From Candidatus Saccharimonadota bacterium (GTDB lineage Bacteria > Patescibacteriota > Patescibacteriia > 2-12-FULL-60-25), in contig JALHOH010000002.1 of assembly GCA_022843095.1 (NCBI GenBank), forward strand, positions 30,001 through 62,000: a stretch of DNA of 32,000 nt, in the 5' to 3' direction. Shown piece after piece: positions 16,280 to 23,365 of the stretch. The notes below the pieces were generated by a model that saw only the letters and a program-made list of their open reading frames with translations, did not search any database and was not told where the DNA came from. How positions within the stretch are numbered: the first letter of the stretch is position 1; each line of letters starts with the position of its first letter. The translations under genes were made by a program, and so were the position numbers.

Positions 16280-17497
16280 ATGCAACCGATCATTGCGCCA
16301 GGGACGACCTCCGGGCCAAATCCGTACATCATTATCGCCCTGCTTGCCGGCGCAGCGATTAGTTATTTGTGGACGCGCAATCGTTGGCGTCGCGAGCATG
16401 GAAAAGATGGCGGCACGTTGCCGGCAGGGACGGTGGGGAATGTGCTTGCAAAATACACCGAAGATCTGACCGCGCGTGCCGAACGCAAAGAATTGGATGC
16501 GGTTATTGGGCGGGATGAAGAAATTCGTCGCGTGATGCATATTTTGTCCCGACGAACGAAGAATAATCCCTTGCTGCTTGGAGAGCCTGGGGTCGGGAAG
16601 ACGGCAATCGTGGAAGGGATCGCACGACAAATCGTGGCAGGGGATGTTCCTGATGCGATCAAAGGTAAGCGTGTCCTTGCGCTGGATTTGGGGGCGCTGA
16701 TCGGCGGAACCAAATACCGTGGAGAATTTGAAGAGCGCATGAAAAAGCTCACCGAAGAAATTCGGGCCGAAGCGCGTCGTGTGATTTTGTTTATTGATGA
16801 GGTGCACATGGTGGAGCAGGCAAAAGGGGCAGAAGGGGCAATCAACGTGTCCGATATTTTGAAGCCGGCGCTCGCGCGTGGAGAATTGCAGATGATCGGG
16901 GCGACGACGTGGCGGGAATTTGAGATGTATATCAAAACCGACGATGCGTTGAACCGACGATTGCAGCCGGTCATCGTGGGCGAGCCTTCGGTTGATGCGG
17001 CGCTCGCCATTTTGCGGGGATTAAAGCAGACCTACGAAGCGTATCATCGTGTCGTGTATGACGAGGCGGCGCTGCAGGCGGCTGTGTCACTGGCGAAAGA
17101 GAAGATTCGAGATCGGTATTTGCCGGACAAAGCGATTGACTTGATTGATGAAGCAGGCGCGCGCGCATCCATTGAGGCGTCGCATGATGGAAAGCATGCC
17201 TTGGGGCTCTTGCATGCGGCCGGGGTAGAAAAGCAAGCAAAATTACAAACCGTGGATCGTCGGATCGCCATGCTGCGCGAAGAGTTGGGGCATGTGACCA
17301 GGCTTGCCGAAGATATGCGGCATGATCCGGAGTTGGACGAAATTCGCTTGCGATTGTCGCATGTCGTCGAGGCGGCAGAACACGTTCGTCAGGAGCTCGA
17401 TACCGGCGCTGGAGATCGTTTGCCGGTTGTGACCGCGACGGATATTCAGGACATTGTGGATGATTGGGTCGGAGCCGCTCCAGCAAATCCCCGGTAA
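16280..17497 (+). CDS. Membrane-anchored ClpB/ClpC-like AAA+ ATPase, D1 module only
   Basis: N-terminal TM ([16 protein letters not shown]). Walker A GEPGVGKT (16580-16603), pore loop KYRGEFEER, Walker [37 protein letters not shown]. Short coiled coil, then the D1-D2 linker [16 protein letters not shown] followed by a stop. Confidence 0.85.
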   Translation: MQPIIAPGTTSGPNPYIIIALLAGAAISYLWTRNRWRREHGKDGGTLPAGTVGNVLAKYTEDLTARAERKELDAVIGRDEEIRRVMHILSRRTKNNPLLLGEPGVGKTAIVEGIARQIVAGDVPDAIKGKRVLALDLGALIGGTKYRGEFEERMKKLTEEIRAEARRVILFIDEVHMVEQAKGAEGAINVSDILKPALARGELQMIGATTWREFEMYIKTDDALNRRLQPVIVGEPSVDAALAILRGLKQTYEAYHRVVYDEAALQAAVSLAKEKIRDRYLPDKAIDLIDEAGARASIEASHDGKHALGLLHAAGVEKQAKLQTVDRRIAMLREELGHVTRLAEDMRHDPELDEIRLRLSHVVEAAEHVRQELDTGAGDRLPVVTATDIQDIVDDWVGAAPANPR

Positions 17498-17500
17498 TTG

Positions 17501-17509
17501 TGCTATTCT
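17501..17509 (+). promoter_or_regulatory. Possible internal extended -10 TGcTATTCT, 10 nt upstream of ATG 17520
   Basis: Begins 4 nt downstream of the AAA+ stop codon (17495-17497). Would allow independent transcription of the downstream gene. Confidence 0.35.
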
Positions 17510-17519
17510 TTTGCCATCT

Positions 17520-18914
17520 ATGCCTCCTTCAACCATGACAAAAACCACCACCCAAACCACCACGGCCACAAAAGTGGGCGTTGCGGTGACGATCGGGTTC
17601 GTGGCGGGTCTTGCTGCATACGGTTTTGGATTTTTACCCACGTTTGATCAGGGATACACCGAAGATGTGGCGCAGGTCGATCCGTATGCGATGTGCGTGG
17701 ATTCCTGCAAAGATCCCTTGGTCGGCTGTTTTGCCGCGGGTGGGGACGCGGATAGCTGTTATGAGCCGTACAATAGTTGTATTGCGAGTTGTAAACAGGT
17801 GAACGCACCGCAAACCGAAGAGATCGCCGTGCAGGATCAAACTGGGCAGTCACAACAAGGAGGGGAAAGTTGCAGTGAAATGTGTATGGTGAAGGTATCC
17901 GCCTGCTTGCAGCGCGTGGCAGATGGGAGTCAAGAAAACTGCGCAGAACAAAAAATCCTGTGCCAAATGTCCTGTGCACCGGCATCCTCGCAAACACAAG
18001 CCTGCTTTGGTCAATGTGATGCAGAGTTAAATAGTTGTCAGGGTGCGCGACGCGGAGACGATGATCGTGTGCAACAGTGTCGCTCGCAACATGAATCCTG
18101 CTACGAACGGTGCTACGACAATGAAAAGCGGGCGATTGAGAATGAACCAGCGCCTCCAACACCGCCCATTGCGCAAGATGTCCCGCCGGCACCGCCGATT
18201 CCTCCAAAGGAAGAGCCACCCGTCGAAGAACCAGCTCCGACGCCACAGGTTCCGGATGCAGATGTCTCTGGGTCCTGGATGTTGCCCACGGGGATGCTTG
18301 TCCTCGAGCAGAATGGGAAGTCGGTGAAGGGAAGCGCGATCCTGAACGTCCTTTCTTCAAAGCCTACGGATGGAGTGATTCCGGTGCTCAAGATGTATGT
18401 CCCGGTAGAAGGTACGGTGACGGGCAATACGTTCACGGGTGTATGGAAGGCGTGTTATTACTCGGAATCAAATTGCAGCAACAACCCCCTCGTTCTCACG
18501 TTTGATCCGGAAAAGCAGCAGTACAAGGGAGAAAAAGGATGGTGCGGAGCGCGTCCCGGGGTGACCTTCCCAGACGGCTGTGGGTTCTCCATGAAGGGGT
18601 GGAAGGTGAACGGGGCGATCACATGCGCGAACCCTACGATGACGTTGGAGCAGTGGGATGATCAGGTTAAAGGAACGATTTGCAACCGACCGTTTAAGGG
18701 AAGTATCGCGCCGACAACGGGCTTGAACGTCCACCTGACGGGTTTCATCGACAACAAGCCGGATACCTCGCATTCACTCAACTTCTACCTGTTTTTGGAG
18801 GAGAACGAGCCGTATGCAGGGAAGCCGTCGCAGATGCGTGGAAACTTCGCCATCAGCGAACCTCTCTGTGCCGCGGCGCCAGGAGAAGAGTTCCCAGAAC
18901 CGTGTGTTCAATAA
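17520..18914 (+). CDS. TM-anchored exported cysteine-rich protein (3 x six-Cys modules, Pro-rich linker, duplicated C-terminal domain)
   Basis: Thr/Lys-rich N-tail, then TM VGVAVTIGFVAGLAAYGFGFL. 18 Cys in three CX3CX6C...CX6CX3C modules. PAPPTPP...PAPTPQVP linker (18147-18254). 8 further Cys in the C-terminal half. Start could also be ATG 17535. Confidence 0.7.
   Translation: MPPSTMTKTTTQTTTATKVGVAVTIGFVAGLAAYGFGFLPTFDQGYTEDVAQVDPYAMCVDSCKDPLVGCFAAGGDADSCYEPYNSCIASCKQVNAPQTEEIAVQDQTGQSQQGGESCSEMCMVKVSACLQRVADGSQENCAEQKILCQMSCAPASSQTQACFGQCDAELNSCQGARRGDDDRVQQCRSQHESCYERCYDNEKRAIENEPAPPTPPIAQDVPPAPPIPPKEEPPVEEPAPTPQVPDADVSGSWMLPTGMLVLEQNGKSVKGSAILNVLSSKPTDGVIPVLKMYVPVEGTVTGNTFTGVWKACYYSESNCSNNPLVLTFDPEKQQYKGEKGWCGARPGVTFPDGCGFSMKGWKVNGAITCANPTMTLEQWDDQVKGTICNRPFKGSIAPTTGLNVHLTGFIDNKPDTSHSLNFYLFLEENEPYAGKPSQMRGNFAISEPLCAAAPGEEFPEPCVQ
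17694..17792 (+). repeat. Six-Cys module 1 (protein-level repeat) C-x3-C-x6-C-x9-C-x6-C-x3-C
   Basis: CVDSCKDPLVGCFAAGGDADSCYEPYNSCIASC, counted from the translation. Confidence 0.8.
17871..17975 (+). repeat. Six-Cys module 2 C-x3-C-x6-C-x11-C-x6-C-x3-C
   Basis: CSEMCMVKVSACLQRVADGSQENCAEQKILCQMSC. Confidence 0.8.
18003..18113 (+). repeat. Six-Cys module 3 C-x3-C-x6-C-x13-C-x6-C-x3-C
   Basis: CFGQCDAELNSCQGARRGDDDRVQQCRSQHESCYERC. Confidence 0.8.
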
Positions 18915-18927
18915 AGAAGAAACAGAA

Positions 18928-18954
18928 AACACCCACCGCGTTCCGGTGGGTGTT
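18928..18954. terminator. Hairpin terminator between convergent Cys-rich gene and antiporter gene
   Basis: AACACCCACCG-CGTTC-CGGTGGGTGTT. The T-rich tract is better on the minus strand (after the antiporter gene). Confidence 0.7.
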
Positions 18955-18969
18955 GCGTATACGAAGGAG

Positions 18970-20343
18970 CTACTCGGCGTCGGTGAGCGCTTCTTCCATG
19001 TGCGGCGACGGATCGGTCGGCGCGAAGAGCGAGGGGTCGCGTTCCTTGGCGCGTTTGATGGCACCTGGTAGGAACACGCCGGTCACGACCGCGCTACCGA
19101 TGACGAGCGCGACGCAGACGGCGAAGACCGACTGGTCCACCGCGTGTACGGCGAGTCCGCTCGACACAATGACGAGCGCGACCTCACCACGTGGGATGGT
19201 CGCGAGGCCGAGCACGACCGGATCGACCCCCTTGCCGCCCAGTTTCCCGAGCGCGAGCTTGGTGCCGACCAGAATCGCGAGGCAGCCCGCGAAGAGCGTG
19301 ATCGCCTTTGCCGTAAACAGCAGGGGCAGATCGACCTTCATCCCGACCTCCAGAAAGAAGAAGGGGACGAAGACGTAGGCGAGCGGCTTGAACAGGTACT
19401 CTGCACCATGTTCTTTGCCGTCGAAGTCCGTGAAATGGGCTTCGGTGAGAAACACGGCACCTGCATACACGCCCATGAGAGGCGAGAGGCCGATGGCGTG
19501 CGCGACGATGGCGGCCAAGAAGCAGGGCACCAGGACGAATTTGAGTCGCATGGACTCCGTTCCCGCATACCGGGACAGGATGCGCGAGCTCATCGGCGCT
19601 AGGTAATACCCGATTCCGATCGCGATCACCATGAAGAGCGATGCCTTCACGATGGGGACCAGGACGAGCGCCGGCGTCACCGTTCCGCCACCTGCCATGG
19701 TCTGGATGACCGCCATCACGACGAGGCCGATGATGTCATCGATCGCCGCGACGTTCATTGCGAGCTGCGCCGCCTTGCTGGACAGTACCCCCAGATCCTT
19801 GAGGATCTTGGCGGCGATTCCAAGCGAGGTTGGCGTCACCATCCCGCCGATGAAGAGCTTGGTCGCGAGCGGTGCGGTAGGCATGAGAACAGACACGAGC
19901 CCGAACCCGACGGCGAAGAGCGGAATGGCCACGCCAAGTGCAGCCAGTAGTCCTCCGATGCGCGCGTTCTTGATCATCTGCGGTAGATCGGTTTCGAGCG
20001 CCGCCATGATGAGCAAGATGCAGACTCCCACGTACGAAGCGTACGGGAGTCCAGGGTTCGCTTTCAGCGCATCCGTGAAGGGCAGGTGCAGGTAGTGTCC
20101 GTTACTCACGAACACGCCGAGCAGGAGCCAGCCGATCGCCTCGGTCAGCCCCGTCTTCTTTTGGAACACGGTGCCCACGAGGTGCGCCGTGAATCCCAGG
20201 AAGACAAGCGTGGCGAGCATCTTGATCGCACCACCTTCATCGAAGGCGTGTCCCGCGCCATGCGCCTCCGCCCAGGCTTGTACCGGGGTCAAAAACGCGA
20301 CGATGGCCGCGACGGTCGTCATAGGAATGTACAGTCGACGCAT
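18970..20343 (-). CDS. Monovalent cation:proton antiporter (CPA2 / Kef-NapA type)
   Basis: 457-aa polytopic ORF with a TIPRGEVALVIV (RGE) motif and glycine-rich helices. Signal-peptide-like N-terminus (VQAWA/EAHGAGHAF). Strong SD AAGGAGGTG. Confidence 0.8.
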   Translation of the reverse strand: MRRLYIPMTTVAAIVAFLTPVQAWAEAHGAGHAFDEGGAIKMLATLVFLGFTAHLVGTVFQKKTGLTEAIGWLLLGVFVSNGHYLHLPFTDALKANPGLPYASYVGVCILLIMAALETDLPQMIKNARIGGLLAALGVAIPLFAVGFGLVSVLMPTAPLATKLFIGGMVTPTSLGIAAKILKDLGVLSSKAAQLAMNVAAIDDIIGLVVMAVIQTMAGGGTVTPALVLVPIVKASLFMVIAIGIGYYLAPMSSRILSRYAGTESMRLKFVLVPCFLAAIVAHAIGLSPLMGVYAGAVFLTEAHFTDFDGKEHGAEYLFKPLAYVFVPFFFLEVGMKVDLPLLFTAKAITLFAGCLAILVGTKLALGKLGGKGVDPVVLGLATIPRGEVALVIVSSGLAVHAVDQSVFAVCVALVIGSAVVTGVFLPGAIKRAKERDPSLFAPTDPSPHMEEALTDAE

Positions 20344-20388
20344 TCCACACCTCCTTGTTGTGTTGTTGGAAAAGCGTTCGAGGGGGAA

Positions 20389-20417
20389 AATATAGCACGA
20401 AATAGGCGTATTGTAAA
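20389..20417 (-). promoter_or_regulatory. Antiporter promoter TTTACA-17-(TGc)TATATT
   Basis: Read on the minus strand: -35 at plus 20412-20417, -10 at plus 20389-20394. SD AAGGAGGTG at plus 20348-20356. Confidence 0.6.
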
Positions 20418-20427
20418 GGGATTTCCC

Positions 20428-22029
20428 TTAGCCTATCTGTACTCTGACCGCGTCATCGTGATCAGGTGTAAGTGGAGCATCTGCGAATTCGCGTTTCCAA
20501 GGCAATGCGGCAAGTAGTGTGAGGGGACCAAGTCTTCCGACCAGCATGGTGAGGATCATGACGATCTTTGACCCAGTGCTAAAGATGGCGGAAAGGCTGG
20601 TCACGCCACCAGGGAAGCCCATCGAGAGCCCGACCGTTCCAAACGCGGAGAAGGTTTCGAACATGACCTTGATGAAGTTGATGGTTGGATCAGGGGTGAT
20701 AAGCCAGCGGCGCTCAAAAACCGTAATTATGAGGGCAGCGCCGAAGACATAGAAAATACTGAAGAAGAACAGTCGGATGGCATGTGATACGGCGAATTTA
20801 CTGAGCCGTCGTCCAAACAACATGACGGGGAGTCCGGGCGCACGGAACCAATCTTTGATGTAGCCATACAGTGCGGCGATGGTTGGAATTTTTACCCCAC
20901 CTGCGGTTCCCGCGGGGTTTGCCCCGATAAACATGAGGATCATGTAGAGCAGAAGTGTGCTCACGTGCAGTGCGCCAATATCGATCGTGTTAAACCCCGC
21001 GGTGCGTGTCGAGACGCTTTGAAACGCAGAGGCGAGAAGTCGTTGTGAAAACGTGTTTCCAAGTGCCGGATTTTGTTGCTCGACCAGGAGGGGAAAAAGT
21101 GTCCCGAGTGCAATCAGGGAAAGTGTTCCCCAGACCGCAATGCGCAGTTGAATCGGTGATGCCACCAGTGCTGCATCTTCGGCGAATAGTTTTTTGTCAT
21201 ACCCAGTACGGTGGCTCCAGCGAGACATGATCCATGCATGGAACGCGATAAACACCGGATATCCAAGACCTCCAAGGATGATCAATGCCATGATGGTTAG
21301 GTTGACCACCCAGTCGTTGGCAAAGGTAACGAGATTGGTTGGCTGTAGTCCGAATCCGGCGTTGTTGAACGCGGAAACGGAGTGAAACAACCCCCACCAC
21401 CAGGGATTGAGGTGGTTATACTGTGAAGGATCGATGAAGAACGCTAAACGCGTGCCAAGGACGAGCGCGCTGATACCTTCAATTGCAAAAGTGTAAATGG
21501 CGACGTGTCGGATCATGCGGCGGACGTAGTGGTGTTCAATGTCGACAATGCCAGCAAGCATTTTTCGGAATGTCAGGTGTTCTGAGAACCCTCGAAAAAC
21601 GGCGAATGCAAAAATAGAGGTGAAGACAATGATCCCAAGTCCTCCCATTTGAATAAGGATCAAGGTAATGATTTGACCAGCAAGGGAAAATTGAGAGAAA
21701 TCAGTACTGGTAAGTCCAGTGACGCAGAGCGCAGAAACAGCGGTAAAGATCGCATCAATAAATGTTTCACCCTGCTGCTGACGCTCAACCGTGACCGTAT
21801 GTAGTTCTCGCCGATCGTTGATAGGCTGTGCAGTCGGAAGTGCGTTGCCAACGGTTTGGATAAGAACTTCCTGATGAACGGGAACCCGAACAGTGACGGT
21901 ACGATGTGCTTCCGTGAAATAGAGAAGCGTCCCGCCTATGAGCGACGCAATAAGAAACGAGAAAACGGTTAGTTCTGCGGCGGTGAATGCAGCGAGGCGT
22001 CGCAGGAGGGGTGAGAGGGGATTGGTCAT
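20428..22029 (-). CDS. TrkH/KtrB-family cation (K+) transporter
   Basis: Four pore-loop motifs: SALCVTGLTSTD, FNNAGFGLQ, STRTAGFNTID and FGTVGLSMG. ATG 22029 (MTNPLSPLL) chosen because a TGcTATCCT box lies downstream of the listed start 22113. Confidence 0.85.
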   Translation of the reverse strand: MTNPLSPLLRRLAAFTAAELTVFSFLIASLIGGTLLYFTEAHRTVTVRVPVHQEVLIQTVGNALPTAQPINDRRELHTVTVERQQQGETFIDAIFTAVSALCVTGLTSTDFSQFSLAGQIITLILIQMGGLGIIVFTSIFAFAVFRGFSEHLTFRKMLAGIVDIEHHYVRRMIRHVAIYTFAIEGISALVLGTRLAFFIDPSQYNHLNPWWWGLFHSVSAFNNAGFGLQPTNLVTFANDWVVNLTIMALIILGGLGYPVFIAFHAWIMSRWSHRTGYDKKLFAEDAALVASPIQLRIAVWGTLSLIALGTLFPLLVEQQNPALGNTFSQRLLASAFQSVSTRTAGFNTIDIGALHVSTLLLYMILMFIGANPAGTAGGVKIPTIAALYGYIKDWFRAPGLPVMLFGRRLSKFAVSHAIRLFFFSIFYVFGAALIITVFERRWLITPDPTINFIKVMFETFSAFGTVGLSMGFPGGVTSLSAIFSTGSKIVMILTMLVGRLGPLTLLAALPWKREFADAPLTPDHDDAVRVQIG

Positions 22030-22048
22030 ATGAGCGGATGGATCGATA

Positions 22049-22057
22049 AGGATAGCA
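22049..22057 (-). promoter_or_regulatory. Extended -10 TGcTATCCT upstream of trkH-like ATG 22029
   Basis: Minus strand TGCTATCCT, then 19 nt to the ATG. Confidence 0.4.
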
Positions 22058-22060
22058 TAG

Positions 22061-22083
22061 TTTTTTTCAAAGGTGTGGAAAAC
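22061..22083 (+). repeat. Intergenic direct repeat copy A TTTTTTTCAAAGGTGTGGAAAAC
   Basis: Read directly. Copy B is at 22129-22164. Confidence 0.7.
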
Positions 22084-22128
22084 GAACGAGCAGAAAATAT
22101 TTCGGGCGGTCAATCCAAAGCAACTTGA

Positions 22129-22164
22129 TTTTTTTCAAAGAATCAGATCAACGGTGTGGAAAAC
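22129..22164 (+). repeat. Intergenic direct repeat copy B, split by 12 nt (TTTTTTTCAAAG-aatcagatcaac-GGTGTGGAAAAC)
   Basis: Both halves are identical to copy A. Confidence 0.7.
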
Positions 22165-22224
22165 CAAAATTTTGGCTCCCTTGACGGATATCCGGTCACG
22201 CGGGAAACTACTTGCGCCTTTTTT

Positions 22225-22443
22225 ATGGAAGCAACGACCTTGTGGCGAATCCGCGGTGCCGTTCTGGCCGGGATTTTTGGGTCGTTGCTTTTGTTTTTGG
22301 GACTTGGATATGGAGTGGATCATCTGCTTGATACGTCCCCTAAAGGACTTCTTGTCGGACTACTCCTTTCATTCCCCGTTTCCAACATCCTCGGGATCAA
22401 GCTCGCGAAACGATTTGTCCTTCCCACATCCTCTACGTCCTAA
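22225..22443 (+). CDS. atpZ: AtpZ/AtpI-like small membrane protein of the F1Fo operon
   Basis: 72 aa with two TM helices. LGLGYGVDHLLDTSPKGLLVGLLLS resembles the ATPase_gene1 family. Lies immediately upstream of atpB. Confidence 0.55.
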   Translation: MEATTLWRIRGAVLAGIFGSLLLFLGLGYGVDHLLDTSPKGLLVGLLLSFPVSNILGIKLAKRFVLPTSSTS

Positions 22444-22446
22444 TCT

Positions 22447-23271
22447 ATGCTCGACATTTCCGTGCCCGCAAAAGTGCTGTTTCACCTCGGTCCCGTTCCG
22501 GTGACCAATGCTGTCGTGGCAGCGTATGTCTCGACAGGCGTACTTGTGGTGATCGCGTTGCTTATTCGTCGCTCATTGTCGAGCGAACCCGGTCGTTTGC
22601 AGGCATTCATGGAACTATTGTTTGAGTACATCGATAACCAGCTCCTTCAAGCGTTTGGCGACCACACCCGTGCACGAAAGTTTTTTCCGCTGATCATGAC
22701 GTTGCTTTTGTTTATTGCGATCGCGAACCAGCTTTCGGTGTTTCCGTTGATTTTCCAGGTCCTTGTTGAGGATAAGCCATTACTGCGTCTTGCGACCTCG
22801 GATTTGAGTCAGACGTTGACACTTGGTCTTGTGGTCGTGATTTTGTCCCATATCGTGGCGCTGTCCATGGCACCACTCAAACACATCGGCAACTATTTCC
22901 GCATTGGCGCCATCCTTGCCATCCGTTCTCCAAAAGATATTGGCAACGCGTTAATTGAGGTGTTCTTGGGGATCATGGATCTGATTGGAGAACTTTCAAA
23001 AATCATCTCCATTTCCTGTCGTTTGTTCGGGAACCTGTTTGCCGGGGACGTCATGGTTGCGGTGATCGTCAGCCTTTCTGCGTTCACGCAGTTTATTGTG
23101 CCGATGCCGTTCATCTTTTTGGGGATCTTCTCCGGGTTTGTGCAGGCGCTGGTGTTTTCGCTCTTGTCGATCCAGTTTATCGCCGGTCTGGTAAACACGG
23201 CGGCGGCAAACAAAGAGGCGCGATTGAACAAGGGAAAACAAGCCGCTCTCGAGCAGCCCGCCACGGCCTAA
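22447..23271 (+). CDS. atpB: F1Fo ATP synthase subunit a
   Basis: SCRLFGNLFAGDVM (essential Arg) with polytopic topology. Confidence 0.9.
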   Translation: MLDISVPAKVLFHLGPVPVTNAVVAAYVSTGVLVVIALLIRRSLSSEPGRLQAFMELLFEYIDNQLLQAFGDHTRARKFFPLIMTLLLFIAIANQLSVFPLIFQVLVEDKPLLRLATSDLSQTLTLGLVVVILSHIVALSMAPLKHIGNYFRIGAILAIRSPKDIGNALIEVFLGIMDLIGELSKIISISCRLFGNLFAGDVMVAVIVSLSAFTQFIVPMPFIFLGIFSGFVQALVFSLLSIQFIAGLVNTAAANKEARLNKGKQAALEQPATA

Positions 23272-23282
23272 CAGTCTTGGCG

Positions 23283-23326
23283 CGCGGGAAGAGGATCTGA
23301 CAAACGTGTCGGATATTCTTCCCGCG
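23283..23326 (+). other. Long hairpin in atpB-atpE spacer
   Basis: CGCGGGAAGA (23283-23292) pairs perfectly with TCTTCCCGCG (23317-23326). Nested GACA-AACG-TGTC. A second small palindrome ATGACG-CT-CGTCAT lies at 23327-23340. Confidence 0.4.
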
Positions 23327-23365
23327 ATGACGCTCGTCATCCGATTTACTCATTTTTCTACGCAT

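Noticed and set aside
15552-16469. 305-aa plus-strand ORF in an alternative frame over the CruF-like gene and AAA+ start
   Set aside because: Cys/Gly/Arg-rich nonsense-like translation. The other frames carry recognisable family motifs.
16280-17497. Idea that the D1-only Clp gene is a truncated pseudogene of clpB/clpC
   Set aside because: No D2 remnant exists in any frame downstream, because the next 1.4 kb is a coherent unrelated ORF. All catalytic motifs are intact, the Clp_N domain is cleanly replaced by a TM helix, and the gene has its own promoter. An assembly artefact cannot be excluded without reads.
17518-18360. 280-aa ORF antisense to the Cys-rich gene
   Set aside because: Arg/Pro/Ser-rich with no start context. 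The sense frame has a regular Cys pattern and a TM/linker/domain organisation.
20428-22224. Apparent GC drop in the 5' half of the trkH-like gene and the atp upstream region versus the very GC-rich antiporter gene (possible horizontal transfer)
   Set aside because: This rests only on hand counts of a few 60-nt lines (roughly 40-55 percent versus 62-67 percent). Other genes in the window are equally variable, so a proper sliding-window and codon-usage calculation is needed.
23306-23365. GTG-initiated N-terminal extension of atpE
   Set aside because: It would run through the intergenic hairpins and add a non-hydrophobic 20-aa leader not expected for c subunits.
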